DNA from: Candidatus Saccharimonadota bacterium
GTDB taxonomy: Bacteria; Patescibacteriota; Saccharimonadia; Saccharimonadales; JAXHNE01
Length of the DNA stretch: 64,000 bases
Assembly (NCBI GenBank): GCA_034520885.1
Contig: JAXHNE010000007.1
Span: forward strand, 54,827-118,826
Direction: 5' to 3'
Both the position numbers and the translations under genes were made by a program. Positions within the stretch are counted from its first letter, which is position 1, and each line of letters begins with the position of its first letter. The notes under the pieces were generated by a model. The model was given only the letters and a program-made list of their open reading frames with translations, was not told the origin of the DNA and searched no databases. Of this stretch, positions 1-11,369 are shown in pieces.

Positions 1-1
1 T

Positions 2-448
2 AATACCAAGAACAACAACAAAAGTGCACTCGGGAAGTTCGTTAAACCGCTGGCTTTCGTGCTTGTGATTGGCGCGGCCTACGTTGCCGGAATATTCACT
101 CCGCAATTGATGGCCGATCAAAAGTATGCTCCGGCTGAAGAGACAGCCAAAAGCTTTATCTCAAACGTGACGGATGGAGAGTACCAAGCGGCTGTCGACC
201 GAGGCACTGAAGACTTCCAGACAGAGTTTGATGACCCTAACCTACTGAAGGTTGCGTTGGGAGACGTGGAGACCGATAACTTAGAAGTTAAAGACACGAG
301 CGAGACTCGTGTAGATGACTTTTATCAGTATCGCCAACTAGTGGACGGTCTCCCGGCAAACGACGCGGGCTTGACGGACGGTTTATTCGAAGTCAGTCTC
401 GTTAATCAAGATGATACCTGGCAGGTAGCCAGCGTGAATTTGCTATAA
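2..448 (+). CDS. hypothetical membrane-anchored protein, 5' end cut by window edge
   Basis: Frame 2 is open from nt 2 (NTKNNNKSALGKFVKPLAF...) into listed ORF 59-448. Hydrophobic N-terminal segment, no recognisable domain. Confidence 0.45.
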   Translation, partial: NTKNNNKSALGKFVKPLAFVLVIGAAYVAGIFTPQLMADQKYAPAEETAKSFISNVTDGEYQAAVDRGTEDFQTEFDDPNLLKVALGDVETDNLEVKDTSETRVDDFYQYRQLVDGLPANDAGLTDGLFEVSLVNQDDTWQVASVNLL

Positions 449-486
449 CTCCATACGTTCTTTTCTACTGCACTATTACGTAGCAC

Positions 487-1905
487 TTGGCGCTCATGAA
501 ATCGAAAAACACCTATCGGTCAATCCGCAAGAAACTGAATATTGAAAAACTGCTGATTTTTCTATACGTAGCCGTGAGCTGGTCATGGCTATTGCAGGTT
601 CAGGTTGGAATTATTACCACCCAGAAATGGACGGGGCTTTTCGTGTTGGGGTTCGTGTTCGTGGTGCTGGTAGCACTAAGTTATTGGTTCGCGCGAACCG
701 TCTACACGAAAGTAATAAAACCCCGCCTAGCCGAGCCTTCATGGAAAAACATTGTCATGGTAGTGGCTTTGTGGGCATTTTTTGAGCTGTTACTAACGTG
801 GGGAATTGCTTTTTTATGGATTGGTGACGGCGGCAGCTGGGATAACATTTTGCCGTTTACGAGCCTAGCGCCATTGGCCGTTGCTACGCCGCTACGTTTT
901 TTAGCCAGGTTTGTCGGTTACTACGGAATATCTGCAATTACAGGGGTAGGTTTGTTACTTTTGGCGAAGAAGTATTGGAGGCAAGCCGGGTATTATTGGA
1001 TGATCGTCATTGTCGTAGCAGTCGCGGGGTGGATGATATACCGCGTACCCACGGGAGAAACGCGGCAGATTTCAATTGTTTCCGAAGCCCTGGATTTCGA
1101 CGTCGCCAATCGTGATATCGAGCAGCTGACTAACGCTACTAAGGGCATTACTGACAGCCGGCTGATTATTGTTCCGGAATATGGGTTGGATGATTACGGT
1201 AGCCAAACGGTCGCCAAACGTTTCGCGGCAACTGACGAGCCGATATACTTCAGCGGTACTCGTCAGGAAGCGACCGACCAAGGTATTAAAAACGTACTGG
1301 TTTACGGCAATACCCAGGACGGCTACACGGCGGAATATCCCAAAGATCGCCTTATTCCCGGCGGCGAATACTTGGCTTACCCAGTGGAGTTATTGCTGCG
1401 AAAAACTAACCCGGTTGCCTATGAAGAGTTTAGGTTCAGTCGCGCGGTCGTAAAAGGAGAACAAGCCTCTCGACCGTTTAAAGTTTCCAAAAACTTGATA
1501 CTAGGGAATGCCGCCTGCTCTAGTATTATTCACCCCGGTGATTACCGACAGCTGACACAAAAAGGGTCTACCGTGTTGGCTAATTCTGCTTCGCTGGAGA
1601 TTTTTAAGGGGTCTTCGTTGTTCGCATTCTATCACGACAACCTAGCGAGATTCATGGCGGTTGCTAACGCCCGGCCATTTTTACAATCCGCCAACGATTG
1701 GAAGGCCTTTGCGCTGGATCACAACGGCACGACCATTGCTAGCCAAGAGCGGGTTGGTTCGCAAACCCTCTCAGTGACTTCAAATAGCAAAAAGACTCCC
1801 TACACGGTGCTTGGCGAGTGGGTCGCCTATCTGGGAAGCGGGTTATCGCTCGTACTCGTCGTGCGGTACGTCCGAAAAAAACAGAAACTAAAAAACACGG
1901 ACTGA
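487..1905 (+). CDS. lnt: apolipoprotein N-acyltransferase-like membrane protein (multi-TM N-terminus plus C-N hydrolase domain)
   Basis: About 6 TM helices followed by nitrilase-superfamily motifs: IVPEYG (Glu), YPKDRLIPGGEYL (Lys, Lnt-like K.hLVPFGEY), GNAACSS (Cys). Start is TTG 487 or ATG 496. Confidence 0.6.
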   Translation: MALMKSKNTYRSIRKKLNIEKLLIFLYVAVSWSWLLQVQVGIITTQKWTGLFVLGFVFVVLVALSYWFARTVYTKVIKPRLAEPSWKNIVMVVALWAFFELLLTWGIAFLWIGDGGSWDNILPFTSLAPLAVATPLRFLARFVGYYGISAITGVGLLLLAKKYWRQAGYYWMIVIVVAVAGWMIYRVPTGETRQISIVSEALDFDVANRDIEQLTNATKGITDSRLIIVPEYGLDDYGSQTVAKRFAATDEPIYFSGTRQEATDQGIKNVLVYGNTQDGYTAEYPKDRLIPGGEYLAYPVELLLRKTNPVAYEEFRFSRAVVKGEQASRPFKVSKNLILGNAACSSIIHPGDYRQLTQKGSTVLANSASLEIFKGSSLFAFYHDNLARFMAVANARPFLQSANDWKAFALDHNGTTIASQERVGSQTLSVTSNSKKTPYTVLGEWVAYLGSGLSLVLVVRYVRKKQKLKNTD

Positions 1906-1976
1906 ATAGCAATGATTATTTGTTCGTAAAGCAAAGAATGTGCTGCTATACTATTTAGTATAAAAAGGAGAATTAT

Positions 1977-2537
1977 ATGATTATTTGGATAGTGCTTGCC
2001 GTTGTCGTTGTACTCGGCGGCGTCCTGGTAACGATTTACAACGGATTGGTAAAAGCTAATGTACGGGTCAACGAAGCTTGGAGCGACATCACCGTGCAAC
2101 TTAAGCGCCGGGCGGATTTGATTCCGAACTTGATAGACACCGTGAAAGGCTACGCCAAGCACGAAAAAGGCGTGTTCAAAGAAGTAACCGAAGCCCGAAC
2201 GGCGCTACAAAACGCCGAAGGCGTACAAGAAACCGCTGCTGCTGACAATCAGTTCGCAAGCGCGATGAAGAGCTTATTCGCGGTTGCCGAAGACTACCCT
2301 GACCTAAAGGCCAACGAAAACTTTAAGCACTTGCAAGAAGAGCTGGTCGATACGGAAGATAAGATTCAGGCCGCTCGCCGCTTTTACAATGGTTCGGTGC
2401 GTGACTTAAACACCAAAACGCAAGTGTTCCCCACCAATATTTTTGCCGGTATGCTCGGCTTTAAAGAACGCGAGTTTTTTGAGGTGAACGAGGATGAACG
2501 CGAAAGCATTACTCAGCCGACCGACGTTAAGTTTTAG
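1977..2537 (+). CDS. lemA: LemA family protein
   Basis: N-terminal TM then YNGLVKANVRVNEAWSDITVQLKRRADLIPNLIDTVKGY, a typical LemA sequence. AGGAG RBS upstream. Confidence 0.9.
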   Translation: MIIWIVLAVVVVLGGVLVTIYNGLVKANVRVNEAWSDITVQLKRRADLIPNLIDTVKGYAKHEKGVFKEVTEARTALQNAEGVQETAAADNQFASAMKSLFAVAEDYPDLKANENFKHLQEELVDTEDKIQAARRFYNGSVRDLNTKTQVFPTNIFAGMLGFKEREFFEVNEDERESITQPTDVKF

Positions 2538-2560
2538 TTTAGTAAAAAGCAATAAGTAAT

Positions 2561-2938
2561 ATGCAAAATGTAGCCAAAGAAAAAGCTACGAAATTTACTG
2601 ATCTTGTAGCATGGCAAAAAGGTCACGGACTGGTCGTGGCGGTATACGAGGCAACGAGTTCATTCCCGCCAGAAGAGAAATTCAGCTTGACTAACCAGAT
2701 CCGCAGGTCGGTCGTATCGATTACGTCGAATCTTGCCGAAGGTTTTGGCAGACAAAGTCGTGGCGATAAAGGACACTTTTATACTATTGCGCGAGGTTCA
2801 ATATTGGAGCTACAAAACCAACTCATTATAGCTCGTGATATTAAGATTTTAGATAAAGACGAATTTAATAAACTGACCGAAAAGTCTATAATAGTACACA
2901 AGCTCGTTAACGGCCTCATAAAGAGTTTATCGAAATAA
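2561..2938 (+). CDS. four-helix-bundle protein (23S rRNA intervening-sequence protein / Avd-like family)
   Basis: LVAWQKGHGLVVAVYEATSSFPPEEKFSLTNQIRRSVVSITSNLAEGFGRQS...ELQNQLIIARD matches the family signature. Visibly AT-richer than both neighbours. Confidence 0.85.
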   Translation: MQNVAKEKATKFTDLVAWQKGHGLVVAVYEATSSFPPEEKFSLTNQIRRSVVSITSNLAEGFGRQSRGDKGHFYTIARGSILELQNQLIIARDIKILDKDEFNKLTEKSIIVHKLVNGLIKSLSK

Positions 2939-2976
2939 TATATGCGTATTACTAACTACCTATTACATTTTACTTA

Positions 2977-2999
2977 CATCGAAATCGGGGATTTCGATG
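2977..2999 (+). promoter_or_regulatory. perfect 10-bp hairpin enclosing the htpX SD-like GGGGA and start codon
   Basis: catcgaaatc (2977-2986) / ggg / gatttcgatg (2990-2999). The right arm ends with the ATG at 2997-2999. Confidence 0.4.
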
Positions 3000-3871
3000 T
3001 ATAAGCAGATTGCATCCAACAAGCGCAAAACGGCCTTATTGATGGTGGCTTTCGTGGCGCTCGTGGCGGGGATCTCCTGGATTTTCGCCTTGTATCTTGG
3101 CGAGCCGATGATCACGCCGTTCGTGCTGGTCGGGGCGGCGATTTACGCCATTGTGACGTACTACGCCGGAAGCAAAATGGCTTTGGCGGTGAATGGCGCC
3201 AAGGAGATTCAAAAGAAGGACAACCCCCGGCTGTGGCGAATCGTGGAGAACCTGAGCATCACCAACGGTATGCCCATGCCCAAGGTGTATATTATGCAAG
3301 ACCCCGCGCCCAATGCTTTTGCGACCGGCCGGGATCCCGAGCACGCGGCGGTCGCGGCTACCTCCGGAATTTTGGAAATCATGGACGATCAGGAGCTGGA
3401 AGGCGTGATGGCGCATGAACTGGGACACGTAAAAAACTACGACATTCGGGTGTCGATGATCGCCTTCGCTTTGGTGGCGGTGATTGCCATTCTCGCCGAC
3501 ATTATTTTGCATATGGTGTGGTTTAGGAGCAGCGACAGCGGCAAAGGGAGTCCGTGGATATTCGTGATCGGCATTATTGCCGCCATTTTGACGCCTATTA
3601 TCGCCACGGCCATTCAACTGGCGATTTCCCGCCGGCGCGAGTATCTGGCCGACGCCACGGGCGCGCTGACCACGCGCTATCCCGATGGCTTGGCCCGGGC
3701 GCTGGAAAAAATCGGCGCTTACGGCAGCTCCACGAAAAAACAAAACACCTCTACCGCGCATTTGTTTTTTGCCAACCCGCTGAAAAAATCCAGCTTTTCG
3801 GGGTTCTTCAGCACGCACCCTCCCGTGGAGGAGCGAGTCCGGCGGCTTCGTAAAATGGGGAATGGCGCGTA

Positions 3872-3872
<1 letters not shown>
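2997..3872 (+). CDS. htpX: zinc metalloprotease HtpX (M48 family)
   Basis: HELGHVKNYD zinc motif, 4 TM segments, C-terminal STHPPVEERV. Conserved lemA-htpX neighbourhood. Confidence 0.9.
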
Positions 3873-6828
<2,956 letters not shown>

Positions 6829-6855
6829 CGCTTTTTTACCGGTGTTGCTACCATA

Positions 6856-7572
6856 ATGGAAATGCCAAGACAAAAACTAAGATTTTATTGTTTTTCGCCG
6901 CCGATCATGCTGGCGACGTTCGCCGTGGAAATCGTGGCGGCGCTACTACTACTCGTTACGTATAAAAGCAGCCGTTTACAGAGGTTAAGTGTCGTGACTT
7001 TGCTGCTACTGGCCACGTTTCAATTAGCGGAATATAACGTGTGCGGACGTTTGGGCGTGGATGCGCAAACGTGGTCACGGATCGGGTATGTCGCCATTAC
7101 TTTGTTGCCGCCGCTCGGGTTGCATATCGTTTACGAAATCGGGAAACGAAAATTCGATTGGTTGCTCGCTTTGGCCTACGGATCCGGTGCGGTATTCGCC
7201 GGTTTATTCGCCTTCGGAAGCGTGTTTGAGAGCTACGCCTGCGGAGGAAACTATGTGATTTTCCAACTACAAAATCCGGCGGGCGGTTTATTTATGATTT
7301 ATTATTATTTGTGGCTGTTTTATACGATCTTTCTCGCGGTCTTACTAATGCACCAAAAACGCCTGGCTCACCGCCGTAAAACCGCTCTACTGAATCTGAT
7401 AATCGGCTATGCATTATTTATGGTGCCGACCAGCTTAGCGATAGTTATGTTTCCGGAATCCGCCGACGCACTCCCTAGCGTGATGTGTGGTTTCGCGGTG
7501 TTGTTCGCGTTGGTGCTCACCTTTATGGTGGTGCCCTACACCGAAAAGAAAAAGCCCACTCGCCGCTCGTAA
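6856..7572 (+). CDS. hypothetical 7-TM membrane protein
   Basis: Long ORF with regular hydrophobic helices and good codon periodicity. No catalytic motif recognised. Confidence 0.55.
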   Translation: MEMPRQKLRFYCFSPPIMLATFAVEIVAALLLLVTYKSSRLQRLSVVTLLLLATFQLAEYNVCGRLGVDAQTWSRIGYVAITLLPPLGLHIVYEIGKRKFDWLLALAYGSGAVFAGLFAFGSVFESYACGGNYVIFQLQNPAGGLFMIYYYLWLFYTIFLAVLLMHQKRLAHRRKTALLNLIIGYALFMVPTSLAIVMFPESADALPSVMCGFAVLFALVLTFMVVPYTEKKKPTRRS

Positions 7573-7680
7573 AATCCTTGCCAATTATGTGGAATATCCT
7601 AAACTGTTGTTGCGCGTTCGCGATTTCGGCCGTCCGTTTTCCGAGGGTCGAGAGGAGTGCTATAATTCAACAATAACTTC

Positions 7681-7757
7681 GGGGCATTAGCTCAGCTGGC
7701 TAGAGCGCTACACTGGCAGTGTAGAGGTCATCGGTTCGAATCCGATATGCTCCACCA
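7681..7757 (+). tRNA. tRNA-Ala (anticodon GGC), CCA encoded
   Basis: Manual cloverleaf: acceptor GGGGCAT/ATGCTCC with the G3:U70 Ala identity pair, anticodon loop CTGGCAG, T-loop TTCGAAT, 3' ACCA. Confidence 0.9.
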
Positions 7758-7790
7758 ATTATTACCCGATTTTATGAAAAATTTGCTACC

Positions 7791-8684
7791 ATGAACATAA
7801 TGCAACGCAACGCCCCTAAAATCTTCGTGCTCATTGGCCTGGTGTTCTTTATTGTTGCCGGCGGACTTTTATTCAGGCAGCACTTTAATGACCCCGAAAA
7901 CGTTTTTTATGACATGCTGCGCGGTAACGTTACGACATCGGGCGTGTCCCGTAGTGTTACGCAGGAAGGCCCCGGGCAATCGCTCATCCAAAAATCGCAA
8001 CTACAAACCGGAGAAACCAACATCGTTGCCGGGCGCACCGATTTAAGGCAAGGGAACGAACAATCCGAAACCACGATTGTGACCGAACGCACCGGAACGC
8101 CCGCTCAAGATTATGTGCGTTACGCGGCTATTTCTACCGACGAAGTCACCCAAAGTGGGGAGGAGTTTGATTTTTCCAATGTCGTGGGGCAGTGGGGACT
8201 TTCACCGGCCAGTGGTGAGATGACCCGCGGGGGCGAACTTTTCGGCGAAGCGACACTGGGCATCGTGCCTTTCGGTAAGCTTGATCGTTGGCAAACGGAA
8301 AAGCTCATTGAGGAGATTAAAGAACGGAACGTGTACGGCGTGGATTTCTCCGCGGTGGAAAGAGCGCTGGTCGATGGCCGGCCGACTTATCGGTATCGGG
8401 CGCAAATCCAATCGGACCGGTACGTTCGAATGCTGCAGCTTTTCGGTGGTTACATCGGCACTTCCCAGCTGTCGGACTTGAACCCGGAAGAGTTCGCGAA
8501 TAACCCGCCAATTGCCATTGATTTCGAAGTGGATGTCTGGAGCCGCCAACTGGTAACGGCGAGTTTCGTAAACTCCGAAAGAGTGGAAGATTATACGGCC
8601 TACGGCGCGTGGCGCGAGGTTAAGCTCCCGGAAGATACCGTGCCGATTAGTGAGCTGCAGCAACGGCTTCAGCAAGTTCAATAA
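7791..8684 (+). CDS. hypothetical N-terminally anchored extracytoplasmic protein
   Basis: Signal-anchor IFVLIGLVFFIVAGGLLF then a soluble 260-aa domain. No recognised family. Confidence 0.6.
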   Translation: MNIMQRNAPKIFVLIGLVFFIVAGGLLFRQHFNDPENVFYDMLRGNVTTSGVSRSVTQEGPGQSLIQKSQLQTGETNIVAGRTDLRQGNEQSETTIVTERTGTPAQDYVRYAAISTDEVTQSGEEFDFSNVVGQWGLSPASGEMTRGGELFGEATLGIVPFGKLDRWQTEKLIEEIKERNVYGVDFSAVERALVDGRPTYRYRAQIQSDRYVRMLQLFGGYIGTSQLSDLNPEEFANNPPIAIDFEVDVWSRQLVTASFVNSERVEDYTAYGAWREVKLPEDTVPISELQQRLQQVQ

Positions 8685-8960
8685 ACCTCCTTCATACTGT
8701 ATGCTGTGCGCTAAAGAAAAGCGTAGGGGGTAACCCTAATGGGCCCGAATCAGAAAGAGAGCGAAAACCAAACACCGGAAACGACGCCAACGCCTCCCGA
8801 GCCTCAAGAGTAATCCGGAGCGTCCTCGGGGAGCGTAGCGTCATCGCAAAATCAACCGCAGGTAACCACGGCACCTATCGGCCATTAAGCACCGGCTACC
8901 AACAGTACTCCACAAGCGGTACCGGGCGGCGCTCCCGGGCAAACGGTAAATACGTCGCAA

Positions 8961-9280
8961 ATGAACGATACGCCAAAAAATAAAAAACACTTCAAAAAGT
9001 TTTCCGGTTTGGCCGTGGCTTTGATTGTCGTGGCCGTTTTATTGGCGGGTTCGGCCGCCGCGTATTTCGGCTACATCGTGCCCAACCGGCCGAAGTTGAG
9101 GTTCCCGAAGACACCCGAACCATTAACGAGATCGTGGGTGCGCTGTACTCGACACCGACTCCCGGTATGAACGGTTCGAATCAAACGCCGGGCTCCGATT
9201 TTGAAAACGAAGGCTCCTTTGATGGTGGTAGTGGTAGCATCCAGCTGAATGACGGCCTTTTCGAAGGTTTTCAGTTGTAA
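8961..9280 (+). pseudogene. small membrane-anchored protein, frame-broken near 9085-9095
   Basis: ORF 8961-9170 (basic N-terminus plus TM) continues sensibly only in another frame: AQPAEVEVPEDTRTINEIVGALYSTPTPGMNGSNQ...FEGFQL* ending at 9280. Confidence 0.45.
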
Positions 9281-9300
9281 AATAACGTATACTAGAGCGC

Positions 9301-10566
9301 ATGAAGCGGGTATTTCGTTCGGTCGTTGCCAAGATTCTGGAATCCCAGGTCAGGCGATTACAAAAAAAGCGCGACTTTAAAGTGGTCGCGGTGGTAGGGA
9401 GTATTGGTAAAACCAGTACCAAGTTGGCGATTGGCCGATCATTGAGCAAAGTTGCCAAGGTGCGTTACCAGGACGGCAACTATAACGACCGAGTTACGGT
9501 GCCGCTGGTGTTCTTTGGCCGGCAAAACCCACGAAGGGTGTGGCATTTTTGGTCGTGGCTAGCGATTTTTATACGAAACGAACTCGCACTCCGTAAGCCG
9601 TATATTTTTGAGTGGGTGATACTGGAGCTGGGCACCGACGGGCCGGGGCAGATACGAGAGTTCGCTTATCTTGATGTCGACCTGGCGGTGGTGACCGCCG
9701 TTACTCCCGAGCACATGGAGCAGTTCGGCGATCTGGACGCCGTGGCCAAGGAAGAGCTTTCCGTGGCGAACTTTAGCCGACATCTGCTGATTAATCGTGA
9801 TTTATGTGACGAAAAGTATATTCGGCAAATAGGAAAATCACTTAATACGTACGGCACCTCAAAAGAGGCGACCATTCGTATTGCCTCCGACTACCCTTTC
9901 GACCTGAAAAGCGGGGAAAACGTATTGTACTCCATAAATCAGCGGCCACTCCTTCCTAAACAGTATGGTCTAGCGGCAGTAATGAGCGTTTTACGTTTTG
10001 CCCGGCAGGATGATTCCCGCGTCATTCATTCTTTGCTCACGCAAGAGCTGGAGGTGCAAACTCCGGGACGTATGCAAGTTCTACCGGGTATTAATCAGTC
10101 GGAAATTATTGACGATACCTATAACGCCCAACCCGATGCCGTAAAAATGGCCTTGGAAGTGCTTCAACGAAAAACCGGGCCGCAAAAAATTGCTATTTTA
10201 GGGAACATGAACGAACTGGGACAAAAAAGCGCTGAGTTACACAAAGAGATCGGACAGTCGTGCAAGCCAAAAAATATCGACTTATTGGTAACCATTGGTG
10301 CCGACGCTAACGAATACCTCGCCCAAGAAGCCAAAAAAAACGGATGTGACGTAAAGGCTTTCACCAACCCGTATCAGGCCGGTGTGTTTTTGAAAGACCG
10401 GGTAAAACACAAAGCGGTGATTTTGGCCAAAGGTTCACAAAATGGCGTATTTGCCGAGGAAGCCATAAAGCCGCTACTGAAAAACCCTCATGACGAAAAG
10501 AAGTTAGTTCGCCAATCCAAAGACTGGCTCATAAAAAAACGCAACTCGTTCGAGGTAATGCGCTAG
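9301..10566 (+). CDS. murF: UDP-N-acetylmuramoyl-tripeptide--D-alanyl-D-alanine ligase (Mur ligase family)
   Basis: P-loop VVGSIGKTSTK, DDTYNAQPDA (MurF-typical DDxYNANP) and a Mur ligase C-domain. Confidence 0.8.
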   Translation: MKRVFRSVVAKILESQVRRLQKKRDFKVVAVVGSIGKTSTKLAIGRSLSKVAKVRYQDGNYNDRVTVPLVFFGRQNPRRVWHFWSWLAIFIRNELALRKPYIFEWVILELGTDGPGQIREFAYLDVDLAVVTAVTPEHMEQFGDLDAVAKEELSVANFSRHLLINRDLCDEKYIRQIGKSLNTYGTSKEATIRIASDYPFDLKSGENVLYSINQRPLLPKQYGLAAVMSVLRFARQDDSRVIHSLLTQELEVQTPGRMQVLPGINQSEIIDDTYNAQPDAVKMALEVLQRKTGPQKIAILGNMNELGQKSAELHKEIGQSCKPKNIDLLVTIGADANEYLAQEAKKNGCDVKAFTNPYQAGVFLKDRVKHKAVILAKGSQNGVFAEEAIKPLLKNPHDEKKLVRQSKDWLIKKRNSFEVMR

Positions 10567-10567
10567 T

Positions 10568-11362
10568 ATGTCATCCTCTGAGGCTGAAAAAAGTGAAATT
10601 GAATTTACTTCTACCCCACAGCAGGCGATTGGTAGGATGTTGATTGACGCTCACAATAAAGAGCAATTAAAATTTGCGCTTGATCGATCATGTACTGCCC
10701 ATTGCGTTGAAGCAATTGCAGAGATGAGCGGTTTAAAAATCCCATCATTTAGCAACATCGAAGCTTATACACGATTTTTGCTTGAGAGCATGACCGCATC
10801 TCATAGACAATCAACAGATCTACCCACAGACGCAAAGTTATATTTTGTGGATGATGGCTGGAGTGCAATCGCAGTTGCTGACTTAGTAAGACTAAGCGGG
10901 TATGGAGCTGTATCGCACAACTTAAATTATCCACCTAAGAATACTGATGTTGCTGCAATGGAGAAGATTGGGCGTGTACGTAGTGATTTTGAGCGGCAGT
11001 ATGCAACAGAAGTTGCAGAATATGGGGGCCAAGATAAGGCTAAGTGGTTATTGGCATTACAGGACACAAAATCACATGGCGGTTTTCCGGTTGTAAGTAT
11101 TGAAATACCTTCAAGCGAGTTTCCGGATAAACTTGGTAGGCACTCAGTCGTCTTCCTTGAAGCGGATGAGACTCACATTACGTATTTTGACCCTGATCAA
11201 AAAAACATCAGCCGATATGGTGAGGCTGCGAGTCATCAGCAGATACACAAAGAAGCTACTGACAAATTAATATACCGACAGCCATTGGAAAAGTTTCTTG
11301 ATAGAATGTCAGGAGAAGTCATCCATATATTTACCCCAATAGCATTGAATTCAGAAAGGTAA
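10568..11362 (+). CDS. hypothetical cytoplasmic protein, possible papain-like (C39-like) cysteine peptidase fold
   Basis: Candidate Cys in DRSCTAHCVEAIAEMSG and candidate His in GRHSVVFLEADETHITYFDPD (resembles gHfvvl..d...v.v.DP). AT-richer than its flanks and no signal peptide. Confidence 0.4.
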   Translation: MSSSEAEKSEIEFTSTPQQAIGRMLIDAHNKEQLKFALDRSCTAHCVEAIAEMSGLKIPSFSNIEAYTRFLLESMTASHRQSTDLPTDAKLYFVDDGWSAIAVADLVRLSGYGAVSHNLNYPPKNTDVAAMEKIGRVRSDFERQYATEVAEYGGQDKAKWLLALQDTKSHGGFPVVSIEIPSSEFPDKLGRHSVVFLEADETHITYFDPDQKNISRYGEAASHQQIHKEATDKLIYRQPLEKFLDRMSGEVIHIFTPIALNSER

Positions 11363-11369
11363 ATCACAC

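Noticed and set aside
2561-2938. Diversity-generating retroelement, suggested by the Avd-like gene
   Set aside because: I found no reverse transcriptase ORF and no template or variable repeat pair anywhere in the window.
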